DNA from: Candidatus Omnitrophota bacterium
GTDB taxonomy: Bacteria; Omnitrophota; Gorgyraeia; Zapsychrales; Fredricksoniimonadaceae
Direction: 5' to 3'
Length of the DNA: 64,000 nucleotides
Assembly (NCBI GenBank): GCA_037131245.1
Contig: JBAXRK010000004.1
Span: forward strand, 30,905-94,904
The position numbers were made by a program, and so were the translations under genes. Under the pieces are notes generated by a model. It was not told where the DNA came from and did not search any database. It worked only from the letters and a program-made list of their open reading frames with translations. Shown here one piece after another: positions 7,422 through 15,270 of this stretch (positions are counted from its first letter, which is position 1; the number at the start of each line of letters is the position of its first letter).

Positions 7422-7640
7422 ATGGCGATCGAACATTCGGATGCGTCCGAAGTGGTCCCATTACCGGCGACCAAAGGTGGTATCGACCTGGGGGTGCCGT
7501 TCGAGCTTAATGTAACTGGTGATAAGATCCCGCCGGTTGTTTGGCCGTCAGTCAGCGCGGGAACGATGATCCTGGGGGTCAGTCCCCGGGTTATTGATGT
7601 GACCCCGGCCGATGCCGGTTTGCTCAGATTGTTCCAGTAA
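7422..7640 (+). CDS. small 72-aa protein of unknown function, probably translationally coupled to the giant gene
   Basis: The ATG lies 4 nt after the upstream TAA. Sequence: MAIEHSDASEVVPLPATKGGIDLGVPFELNVTGDKIPPVVWPSVSAGTMILGVSPRVIDVTPADAGLLRLFQ. It sits inside the track ORF 7260..7640. No strong SD. Confidence 0.4.
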   Translation: MAIEHSDASEVVPLPATKGGIDLGVPFELNVTGDKIPPVVWPSVSAGTMILGVSPRVIDVTPADAGLLRLFQ

Positions 7641-7661
7641 GGGTATTTTCTGACAACTTTC

Positions 7662-7689
7662 TTGCAATTTCTGAACCCTTTGTTAGAAT
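7662..7689 (+). promoter_or_regulatory. candidate promoter with extended -10 (TTGCAA-16-TGtTAGAAT) for glyQS
   Basis: TTGCAA at 7662-7667, TAGAAT at 7684-7689, preceded by TGT. Confidence 0.45.
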
Positions 7690-7699
7690 ACCCGGAATT

Positions 7700-9013
7700 A
7701 TGAATTCCCCCGAATTAATGGATAAGGTCGTTTCCCTCTGTAAACGGCGCGGTTTCATCTTCCAGTCATCCGAGATCTACGGCGGGCTCAATGGCGCGTG
7801 GGACTATGGTCCTATGGGTTCCGAGCTCAAACGTAATGTCAAGAATGCCTGGTGGAAAGCCATGGTCCAGGGGCGGGATGATATGGTGGGGCTTGATGCC
7901 GCCATCCTGATGCATCCCAAGACCTGGGAAGCCTCCGGCCATACGGCTAATTTCGCCGACATGTTGGTGGACTGTAAGAACCCCAAGTGCAGCGCCCGTT
8001 TACGCGCCGACAAGATCGAGAATGGCAAATGTCCGTCCTGTAAAGGGACACAGTTCACGGAGGCTCGCGCTTTTAATTTGATGCTGCGTACGGCGCTCGG
8101 CGCCATGGAAGATTCGTCTTCAACTGTTTATATGCGCCCTGAGACTGCTCAGGGTATTTTTGTTAATTTCCCCAATGTTGTTAATTCAACCCACCGGAAG
8201 CTGCCTTTCGGCATCGGGCAGATCGGCAAATCATTCCGTAACGAGATCACCCCCGGTAATTTTACGTTCCGCACCCGCGAGTTCGAGCAGATGGAGATCG
8301 AATATTTCTGCCGGCCCGAGCAGGCGCAAGAGCGTTACGAGCATTGGATCGCGACCCGTCTTCAGTGGTATCTGGACCTGGGAATGAATAAGGAAAACCT
8401 CCGGTTGCGCCCGCATGATAAAGATGAACTGGCGCATTACGCCGCCGGTTGTACCGATATTGAATATCTGTTCCCGTTCGGTTGGTCGGAGCTTGAAGGC
8501 ATTGCCAACCGTACGGATTATGATCTCAAGCAGCACGCTCAGTTCTCCGGGGTGGACCTGATGTACCGCGATCAGGTCACCAATGAAAAGATCTATCCCT
8601 ATGTGATTGAGCCTTCCGGTGGTTGCGACCGCGGCACGCTGGCTTTTCTGGTCGATGCTTATCATGAAGAGCAGGTGAAGGATGATACTCGGGTGGTCAT
8701 GAAGTTCCATCCGTCTCTGGCTCCTATCAAGGTGGCTATTTTCCCGCTGCTTAAGAAGAACGAAGGTTGTGTGGCGCTGGCCAAGGATATCAAGACAGAG
8801 CTCAAAAAAGAGTGGAATTGCATTTACGATGATACCGGAGCGATCGGCAAGCTTTACCGCCGGCAGGACGAGGTGGGCACGCCGTTCTGCGTAACGGTTG
8901 ACGTTCAGTCCCTTGAGGACAAGCAGGTCACGGTACGCGAACGCGACACCATGGTGCAGACTCGTGTTCCGGTCGAGAATTTAAAAGCGTATCTTAGAGA
9001 GAAGTTGGGGTAG
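7700..9013 (+). CDS. glyQS: glycine--tRNA ligase (class II, alpha2 type)
   Basis: KRRGFIFQSSEIYGGLNGAWDYGP, FRNEITPGNFTFRTREFEQMEIEYF, and the Zn-ribbon insert CKNPKC...CPSC. Alternative start ATG 7718 (MDKVVSL). Confidence 0.95.
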   Translation: MNSPELMDKVVSLCKRRGFIFQSSEIYGGLNGAWDYGPMGSELKRNVKNAWWKAMVQGRDDMVGLDAAILMHPKTWEASGHTANFADMLVDCKNPKCSARLRADKIENGKCPSCKGTQFTEARAFNLMLRTALGAMEDSSSTVYMRPETAQGIFVNFPNVVNSTHRKLPFGIGQIGKSFRNEITPGNFTFRTREFEQMEIEYFCRPEQAQERYEHWIATRLQWYLDLGMNKENLRLRPHDKDELAHYAAGCTDIEYLFPFGWSELEGIANRTDYDLKQHAQFSGVDLMYRDQVTNEKIYPYVIEPSGGCDRGTLAFLVDAYHEEQVKDDTRVVMKFHPSLAPIKVAIFPLLKKNEGCVALAKDIKTELKKEWNCIYDDTGAIGKLYRRQDEVGTPFCVTVDVQSLEDKQVTVRERDTMVQTRVPVENLKAYLREKLG

Positions 9014-9091
9014 GATCCATCCCGGCCTAATGGGGGCCGGTACGATATAGGGGAATATATCCCCGAATTAAAAATCAGAAGGAGTAGCAAG

Positions 9092-11920
9092 ATGGCGATA
9101 AAACATGTTTATTCTTACGGTGCCGGCAAGGCGGAAGCCAAAGGCGCCGAGCTGACCAAGGGCGTTCTTGGCGGCAAGGGCGTTGGCCTCATGGAGATGA
9201 CCTCCATTGGTATCAGCGTTCCGGCGGGTTTCACGGTCACGATCCAGACGTGCGAAGAGTATTATACGCTCGGCAAGAAGCTGCCCAAGGGCCTGGCTAA
9301 AGAGGTTCTTGACGCTGTTAAGAAACTTGAGAAGAATACCGGCAAGAAGCTCGGCGATCCGAAGGATCCGCTTCTGGTTTCCGTCCGTTCCGGCGCGGCC
9401 CGTTCGATGCCCGGGATGCTCGAGACTATTTTGAACCTCGGACTCAATGACGTTTCCGTCGAAGGCCTGGCTAACAAGACCGGCAATCCGCGTTTCGCTT
9501 ATGATTCCTACCGCCGTTTTATCCAGATGTTCTCTACCACCGCGATGGGTCTTTCCAAGGAGCATATGGAGGATATGCTGCACAAGATGAAGCATGACCT
9601 TGGTGTCAAGAATGATACCGAGATCCCGGCTGACAAGCTTAAGGAATTGTGCGGTCAGTTTAAGGATTTCTACAAGCAGAAAAAAGGCTCCGCGTTCCCG
9701 CAGGACCCGATCGAGCAGTTGTGGGGCGCGATCATGGCGGTCTTCGGAAGCTGGGAAGCCGAGAAGGCCGTTACCTATCGCCGCGTTGAGAAGATCACGG
9801 ACCTTAAGGGGACCGCGGTCAACGTCGTGCAGATGGTGTTCGGCAATAAGGGCGACAACTCCGGCACGGGCGTGTGCTTTACGCGCGATCCGAACACGGG
9901 GGAGAATGTTTTTTACGGCGATTACCTGATCAACGCGCAGGGTGAGGACGTTGTCGCGGGTATCCGCACGCCGCTCAAGTTGCAGACCTTGCAGGATCAG
10001 ATGCCCAAGCCGTATGATCAGCTTTTAGCCGTTCGCGCGATCCTGGAATCTTATTACAAGGAAATGCAGGACCTTGAGTTCACGATCGAAGATGAGAAGC
10101 TTTATATGCTGCAGTGCCGTACGGGCAAGCGCTCACCGGCGGCGGCTTTCGCGATCGCGGTCGACCATGCGACCAAGCCTTTGCTCAGCAAGGCCCAGGC
10201 CAAAGACCTCGTTAAGAAGGGTTTCCTGCCCAAGCAGTTCGCTGCCATGGCGGTGAAGCCGGTCATCACCAAGGAAGAGGCCGTCATGCGCCTAACTTCG
10301 GATGATATCGAGCGTTTGTTTTATCCGATCATTGACACCAAGAAGGTCAGCCTTCAGGACCTAAAGAACGCGCGCATCGCGGGCGGTATCAATGCTGTTC
10401 CCGGCGCGGCTTCCGGTAAAGTTGTTTTCACGGCGGCTGAAGCCGAAGAGCAGGCCGGCAAGGGTGAGAAGGTTATTCTTGTTCGTAAGGAAACCTCTCC
10501 CGAGGACGTTGGCGGTATGCACGCGGCCAAGGGTATTTTGACAGCGACGGGTGGCAAGACCTCCCACGCCGCGGTCGTTGCCCGTGGTTGGGGTAAGTGC
10601 TGCGTCGTCGGTTGCGAAGCGATCAACATCAATTACGAAGCCAAGGAAATGGTTGTCGGCGGCAAGGTCATCAAACAGGGCGATTTCATCACGCTCGATG
10701 GTTCCGCCGGTGAAGTTTATATCGGTGAATTCCCTCTGATGGACCCTGTTCTTCCCGAGGCGTATACAACGCTTCTGAAGTGGGCTGATGCGATCCGTAA
10801 TATCAATGTACGCACCAATGCCGACACCCCGTACGATGCCAAAAAGGCCATCGAGATGGGCGCTGAAGGTATCGGTCTTTGCCGTACCGAGCATATGTTC
10901 TTCGACACCGAGGAGCGCCGTTTGGCGATCCAGGAAATGATCGTAGCTGAAACGCTTGAGGCCCGTAAGTCGGCCCTGGCGAAACTGCTGCCGATCCAGC
11001 GTGAAGACTTCTATGGCATTTTCAAGGCCATGGACGGGCTCCCGGTCACGATCCGTTTGATCGACCCGCCGCTGCATGAGTTCACGCCCAAGGATGATGC
11101 CGGCGTCGAGAAACTCTCGAGGATCACCGGCCTTTCCGCGGACAAGATCAAGCACCGTTGCGAACAGCTTCATGAGTCCAACCCCATGTTGGGCCATCGC
11201 GGTTGCCGTTTGTGCATTACGTACCCTGAGATCCTCGAGATGCAGGTGACGGCTATCATCGAAGCCGCGATCAAGGCTGCTAAGGAAGGTTTTAAAGTTC
11301 TTCCTGAGATCATGATCCCGCTGACGATGGACAAGAAAGAGTTCAAGATCCTTGAGATCCAGACACGCGCGATCGCCGAGAAGCTCATCAAGGAAGCCAA
11401 GTCGAAAGTCAAGTACATGGTCGGCACAATGATCGAGATCCCGCGCGCGGCGCTGTTGGCTGATCAGATCGCTGAGGACGCCGAGTTCTTCTCGTTCGGT
11501 ACCAATGACCTGACCCAGATGACCCTTGGTTTATCGCGTGACGATGCCGGTCGTTTCCTGCCGACGTATGTCGCGGCCGAGAAAGAGGGCGGCAAGGCGA
11601 TCTTCAAGGATGATCCGTTCCAGAGCCTGGACCAGTCCGGTGTCGGCGCTCTTGTCAAGATGGGTATCGAAAAGGGCCGTTCCGTCCGTCCTCACCTCAA
11701 GGTTGGTATTTGCGGTGAACACGGTGGAGAAGCTCAGAGCGTCAAGTTCTGCGTGCGTGCCGGGATGAATTATGTGTCCTGCTCACCGTATCGCGTTCCG
11801 ATCGCGCGTTTGGCGGCGGCTCAGGCTGCGGTTGAAGCCAAGTGTTGCGCCGGTGTCTGTAAGAAGGGGGCCTCTAAAAAGGCTGCCAAGAAAAACGTGA
11901 AAAAATCGGGTAAAAAGTAA
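9092..11920 (+). CDS. ppdK: pyruvate, phosphate dikinase with a Cys/Lys-rich C-terminal tail
   Basis: GGKGVGLMEMT, catalytic-His loop GGKTSHAAVVARGWG, GLCRTEHMFF, FFSFGTNDLTQM, GICGEHGG. RBS GAAGGAG upstream. Confidence 0.95.
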   Translation: MAIKHVYSYGAGKAEAKGAELTKGVLGGKGVGLMEMTSIGISVPAGFTVTIQTCEEYYTLGKKLPKGLAKEVLDAVKKLEKNTGKKLGDPKDPLLVSVRSGAARSMPGMLETILNLGLNDVSVEGLANKTGNPRFAYDSYRRFIQMFSTTAMGLSKEHMEDMLHKMKHDLGVKNDTEIPADKLKELCGQFKDFYKQKKGSAFPQDPIEQLWGAIMAVFGSWEAEKAVTYRRVEKITDLKGTAVNVVQMVFGNKGDNSGTGVCFTRDPNTGENVFYGDYLINAQGEDVVAGIRTPLKLQTLQDQMPKPYDQLLAVRAILESYYKEMQDLEFTIEDEKLYMLQCRTGKRSPAAAFAIAVDHATKPLLSKAQAKDLVKKGFLPKQFAAMAVKPVITKEEAVMRLTSDDIERLFYPIIDTKKVSLQDLKNARIAGGINAVPGAASGKVVFTAAEAEEQAGKGEKVILVRKETSPEDVGGMHAAKGILTATGGKTSHAAVVARGWGKCCVVGCEAININYEAKEMVVGGKVIKQGDFITLDGSAGEVYIGEFPLMDPVLPEAYTTLLKWADAIRNINVRTNADTPYDAKKAIEMGAEGIGLCRTEHMFFDTEERRLAIQEMIVAETLEARKSALAKLLPIQREDFYGIFKAMDGLPVTIRLIDPPLHEFTPKDDAGVEKLSRITGLSADKIKHRCEQLHESNPMLGHRGCRLCITYPEILEMQVTAIIEAAIKAAKEGFKVLPEIMIPLTMDKKEFKILEIQTRAIAEKLIKEAKSKVKYMVGTMIEIPRAALLADQIAEDAEFFSFGTNDLTQMTLGLSRDDAGRFLPTYVAAEKEGGKAIFKDDPFQSLDQSGVGALVKMGIEKGRSVRPHLKVGICGEHGGEAQSVKFCVRAGMNYVSCSPYRVPIARLAAAQAAVEAKCCAGVCKKGASKKAAKKNVKKSGKK

Positions 11921-11936
11921 CCGATTGATATAGAAT

Positions 11937-11977
11937 GTCCACGGCGTATTGGGTAAAGTGCTCAGTACGCCGTGGAC
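11937..11977 (+). other. perfect 12-bp hairpin between ppdK and the sigma factor gene (ppdK terminator or translational regulator)
   Basis: GTCCACGGCGTA (11937-11948) pairs with TACGCCGTGGAC (11966-11977) across a 17-nt loop. No U-tract follows. It ends 6 nt before ATG 11984. Confidence 0.5.
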
Positions 11978-11983
11978 ACATTT

Positions 11984-12835
11984 ATGGATCCTATTAAAGC
12001 CTACTTAAAAGATGTTCGTCCTATTCCTTTGTTAACACCTGAGGAAGAGGTGGAGCTTGCCCGCAAGGTTGTCAAAGGCGACCCCGAGGCGCGTGACAAG
12101 ATGATCCGCTCCAATCTGCGGTTGGTCATCAGTATTGCCAAGCGCTACGTTAACCTTGGCATTCCTTTAAGCGATCTTATCGAAGAAGGCAATATCGGCC
12201 TGATGCGTTCGGTCGACAAGTTCGATCCTGAAAAAGGCTATCGTTTCTCGACGTACGCGGCCTGGTGGATCAAACAGGGTGTGTCGCGTTCCATTATCGA
12301 TCAGGGAAAAATGATCCGGGTCCCCGTTTACATGAACGAGGAGATCGTTCGCTATAAAAAAGCTCTCGAGGCGCTGACCCACAAGCTGGGCCGCAAGCCG
12401 CAGTACGGCGAGGTGGCCAAGAAAATGCAGATCACCGTCGACAAGGTGCGCGACCTCGACCAGGCGATCACCAAGATGTCCAGCCTCGACGCGCCGATCG
12501 GCGAAGATGGTGACGGCCAGGTCCATGATATCGTGGAAGACGATAACCTGGCCATGCCCGACGAGCAGGTGGAGCGTTTTTTAAACAAGGAACGGACGCG
12601 CGGGATCCTAGAAGAGCTGCCGCCACGCGAACGCGAGATCATTTCGATGCGCTTCGGCGTTCCCGATGGAGAGCCCAAGACGCTGGCCGAGATCGCGGAG
12701 AAAATGAATATTTCCCGCGAGCGCGTCCGCCAGCTTGAAGTGACCATTTTGAAAAAGCTGAGAGACATCTTAAAACAACAGGATAGCGGCGAGCTTGAAA
12801 ACAATGACAAAACCGACACTGACCCGAAAGAATAG
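11984..12835 (+). CDS. RNA polymerase sigma factor, RpoD/SigA family, without region 1.1
   Basis: Region 2 (NLRLVISIAKRY...DLIEEGNIGLMRSVDKFDPEKGYRFSTYAAWWIKQ), region 3, and the region 4 HTH (TLAEIAEKMNISRERVRQLE). The track start GTG 11972 lies inside the hairpin, so I prefer ATG 11984. Confidence 0.9.
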   Translation: MDPIKAYLKDVRPIPLLTPEEEVELARKVVKGDPEARDKMIRSNLRLVISIAKRYVNLGIPLSDLIEEGNIGLMRSVDKFDPEKGYRFSTYAAWWIKQGVSRSIIDQGKMIRVPVYMNEEIVRYKKALEALTHKLGRKPQYGEVAKKMQITVDKVRDLDQAITKMSSLDAPIGEDGDGQVHDIVEDDNLAMPDEQVERFLNKERTRGILEELPPREREIISMRFGVPDGEPKTLAEIAEKMNISRERVRQLEVTILKKLRDILKQQDSGELENNDKTDTDPKE

Positions 12836-13679
12836 AAAACCCATTTTTGTCGTTGTTATTCCCCGTTTCGAAGATCTTTCCAATTCATTTTACGCCGGAG
12901 AAGTGACCAAGGGTGCTAATATCGCGGCCAGTCGGCTGGATGTTGATATCCTTATTCATCTGGTGGCTCGCCGCGATCACGCGCATTGGCTCGATGGTCT
13001 TCTTGATCCAAACTTTATTGACGGTATGCTTTTTGCCGATATCGACCGCGACTGGGACGTGGTGCGCGCGGCGATCCGCCGCGGCATGCCGACGATGGTC
13101 TTAAACAATCCGACGACTGAACCTTTTAACACGATCGCGATCGATAACCGCCGCGCGGCCCGCCAGGCGGTTGAGCTTCTGGCCGGATTGGGGCACGGCC
13201 GTATCGCGAGTATCAGCGGCGACCTTGAAACGCAGGCCGGACAGGACCGACTGGAAGGTTATTACGATGGCCTGGAATTGGTAGGCCTTCCCAAGGACAA
13301 AAAGCTTGTTAAAAAGGGCGAGTTTTTGCGTACTACGGCTCGCTCCGGTGCTTTGGCTCTTCTCAAGGATGTTAAAACCACGGAACGCCCGACGGCGATC
13401 TTCGCCGCGTCGGATGTAATGGCTTTCGAAGTTATTGATGCCGCCCGGTCGCTGGGGTTGAAAGTGCCGGAAGATCTTTCGGTCGTTGGTTTTGACCATA
13501 ACCTTGAGGCCGGGGAAGACGGGGTAAAACTGGTTACTTTCGAGCAGCCGATCGTCGATATGGCCCGTTTGGGCGTGGAGAATCTGTACCAGATGAGCCT
13601 GGGACTGGCAAAGCTTCCGGTCAAGATCCTGCTGGAAGCAAAACTGATCAAAGGTCGTTCAACGGCCAAACCGTCTTAA
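12795..13679 (+). CDS. LacI-family-type periplasmic-binding-fold (sugar-binding) domain protein lacking the N-terminal HTH
   Basis: AIDNRRAARQAVELLAGLGHGRIASISG, PTAIFAASDVMAFEVIDAARSLGLKVPEDLSVVGFD. No DNA-binding helix-turn-helix at the N-terminus. The start (TTG 12795 or ATG 12804) overlaps the sigma gene by 32-41 nt. Confidence 0.75.
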   Translation: MKTMTKPTLTRKNRKPIFVVVIPRFEDLSNSFYAGEVTKGANIAASRLDVDILIHLVARRDHAHWLDGLLDPNFIDGMLFADIDRDWDVVRAAIRRGMPTMVLNNPTTEPFNTIAIDNRRAARQAVELLAGLGHGRIASISGDLETQAGQDRLEGYYDGLELVGLPKDKKLVKKGEFLRTTARSGALALLKDVKTTERPTAIFAASDVMAFEVIDAARSLGLKVPEDLSVVGFDHNLEAGEDGVKLVTFEQPIVDMARLGVENLYQMSLGLAKLPVKILLEAKLIKGRSTAKPS

Positions 13680-13688
13680 AGGGAATAT

Positions 13689-14213
13689 ATGCCGAAAGAA
13701 CTGGATCTTAAGAAAACGATCCGTGATATTCCTGATTTCCCGAAGAAGGGGATCATTTTTAAAGATATCACGACACTGCTTAAAGATCCAAAAGCTCTCA
13801 AGACATCTATCGATCGCCTGGCGAAAGCGGTAGCAAAGACCAAGCCGAAGTATATCGTTGGCATTGAATCCCGCGGGTTTATTTTCGGCACGGCGGTGGC
13901 CTACAAGCTGGGTTTGGGGTTTATTCCGGTACGCAAGAAGGGCAAGCTTCCCTATAAGACGGCCTCGGTCTCTTATGACCTTGAGTATGGTACGGATACC
14001 CTAGAGATCCATGCCGATGCCTTGAAAAAGGGCGATAAAGTGGTTATAATTGATGATCTGCTGGCTACGGGTGGTACGGTAGGTGCGGTTGCCAAGCTGG
14101 TGGGCGGGGCGGGGGCTAAAATAACGGCTGTCGCTTTTGTCATTGAACTTTCCTTTTTGAACGGCCGGGAGAAGCTTAAGGGTTTTCCGGTCATCTCGCT
14201 TGTTCAATATTAA
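13689..14213 (+). CDS. apt: adenine phosphoribosyltransferase
   Basis: IRDIPDFPKKGIIFKDITTLL and the PRPP motif VVIIDDLLATGGT. Confidence 0.95.
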   Translation: MPKELDLKKTIRDIPDFPKKGIIFKDITTLLKDPKALKTSIDRLAKAVAKTKPKYIVGIESRGFIFGTAVAYKLGLGFIPVRKKGKLPYKTASVSYDLEYGTDTLEIHADALKKGDKVVIIDDLLATGGTVGAVAKLVGGAGAKITAVAFVIELSFLNGREKLKGFPVISLVQY

Positions 14214-14225
14214 ATCTTAAAAAAT

Positions 14226-14855
14226 ATGAAACTGACCCGATTGCTGATCATTTCAGGTTTTATTGTTTTGACGGCTGGCCGTGCTTTTGCTGCCAACGCT
14301 CAGGACATTGCCGGATTCTACCAGGAAGCGCAGGCCTTTAATAGTGAAGGGCGTTTCGCTGAAGCCGTAGCGGCTTACGAAAAAGCTTTGAATTTGGACC
14401 CTAAGTCATCAGAAACATGCCTGCGACTCGGTTTATTGTATTTCAAGCTTCATATTCCTTCAAAGGCTGAAGAGTATTACTTAAAAGCGGTTGCGAACGG
14501 GCTTGATAGTCCTGAGGCGTATTTCCAGTTGGGCTATATTGAGGAAACCAGGGGGGATCTGGTTAAAGCCTTGGAGTATTATCTTAAGGCGGCCGATAAG
14601 GGGTCGGAAAACCCGGAATTGTTCTATAATATCGGCAATGCTTATGCCCAGACCGGTAAATTAGCTGATTCTGTAGGATACTATAAAAAGGCGGTTGTTA
14701 AGGATCCGGGGCATTTGAATGCTTTTGTGAACCTTTCCACGGTTTCCTATAGGCTTAATGAGTTCGCGGATGCCCGTTTTTACCTGGATAAAGCGGTTAA
14801 ATTGGGGTATAAAGCGCCGGCAGAGTATCTTAAAGTGTTGGAAGATAAGAAGTAA
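14226..14855 (+). CDS. secreted TPR-repeat protein
   Basis: Signal peptide (LLIISGFIVLTAGRAFA) followed by repeated A..Y.KAL..DP TPR units. Confidence 0.8.
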   Translation: MKLTRLLIISGFIVLTAGRAFAANAQDIAGFYQEAQAFNSEGRFAEAVAAYEKALNLDPKSSETCLRLGLLYFKLHIPSKAEEYYLKAVANGLDSPEAYFQLGYIEETRGDLVKALEYYLKAADKGSENPELFYNIGNAYAQTGKLADSVGYYKKAVVKDPGHLNAFVNLSTVSYRLNEFADARFYLDKAVKLGYKAPAEYLKVLEDKK

Positions 14856-14856
14856 T

Positions 14857-14929
14857 GTCCCCGTAGCTCAAATGGATAGAGCGCGGCCCTCCTAAGGCTG
14901 ATGTGGACGTTCGATTCGACCCGGGGACG
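14857..14929 (+). tRNA. tRNA-Arg (anticodon CCT)
   Basis: Hand-folded cloverleaf: acceptor GTCCCCG/CGGGGAC, D arm GCTC..GAGC, anticodon loop CTCCTAA, T loop TTCGATT. There is one A-A mismatch in the T stem. Confidence 0.85.
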
Positions 14930-14941
14930 GTCTTCACCAAA

Positions 14942-14983
14942 GGCCGAGAACAACGATTATTGTTGTTCTCGGCCTCTTTTATT
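14942..14983 (+). terminator. intrinsic terminator after tRNA-Arg
   Basis: 13-bp stem GGCCGAGAACAAC / GTTGTTCTCGGCC, followed by TCTTTTATT. Confidence 0.8.
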
Positions 14984-14996
14984 AGAAAAGACCGTC

Positions 14997-15041
14997 CCCG
15001 CTCCAGGACGCCAACCCGAATGGGAGGCGGACTGGAGCGGG
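14997..15041 (+). other. second strong hairpin downstream of tRNA-Arg
   Basis: CCCGCTCCAG / CTGGAGCGGG, a perfect 10-bp stem with inner CGCC/GGCG pairing. Confidence 0.6.
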
Positions 15042-15082
15042 AAGAAAAGAAATCGCTTCCTTAATAAAATCTTAATTTTTAT

Positions 15083-15111
15083 TTGACATCGCTAATGTCT
15101 CATGGCACAAT
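15083..15111 (+). promoter_or_regulatory. candidate sigma70 promoter with an AT-rich UP region for the porin gene
   Basis: TTGACA at 15083-15088, 17-nt spacer, CACAAT at 15106-15111. AATAAAATCTTAATTTTTAT lies upstream. Confidence 0.5.
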
Positions 15112-15270
15112 GCGTTCAACCTTAACCCTAAGATGTTCTGATACCGATCAAGAAAGGGGGTGGACAGTTACGGTAGTTTTGGGTTCAGATCAGGGACATC
15201 GATAATAGGGATCGATCGACATAATCTAGTATATCTAGTTAAATTTATATTGAAATCAATTGGAGGCAGT

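Noticed and set aside
7707-7717. 11-mer CCCCGAATTAA occurring three times (7707, 9061, 63042)
   Set aside because: A back-of-envelope estimate gives on the order of a few triply repeated 11-mers by chance in 64 kb. One copy is inside the glyQS coding sequence. No extended flanking similarity was seen.
10361-11197. 278-aa ORF antisense to ppdK, and the other antisense or out-of-frame track ORFs inside glyQS, murC-ddl, murE, ftsK and similar genes
   Set aside because: These are shadow ORFs inside strongly supported genes. None has an RBS or a family motif.
14901-15086. 61-aa ORF overlapping the tRNA-Arg 3' end and its terminators
   Set aside because: It is explained by the tRNA and hairpin structures. 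It has no RBS or coding signature.
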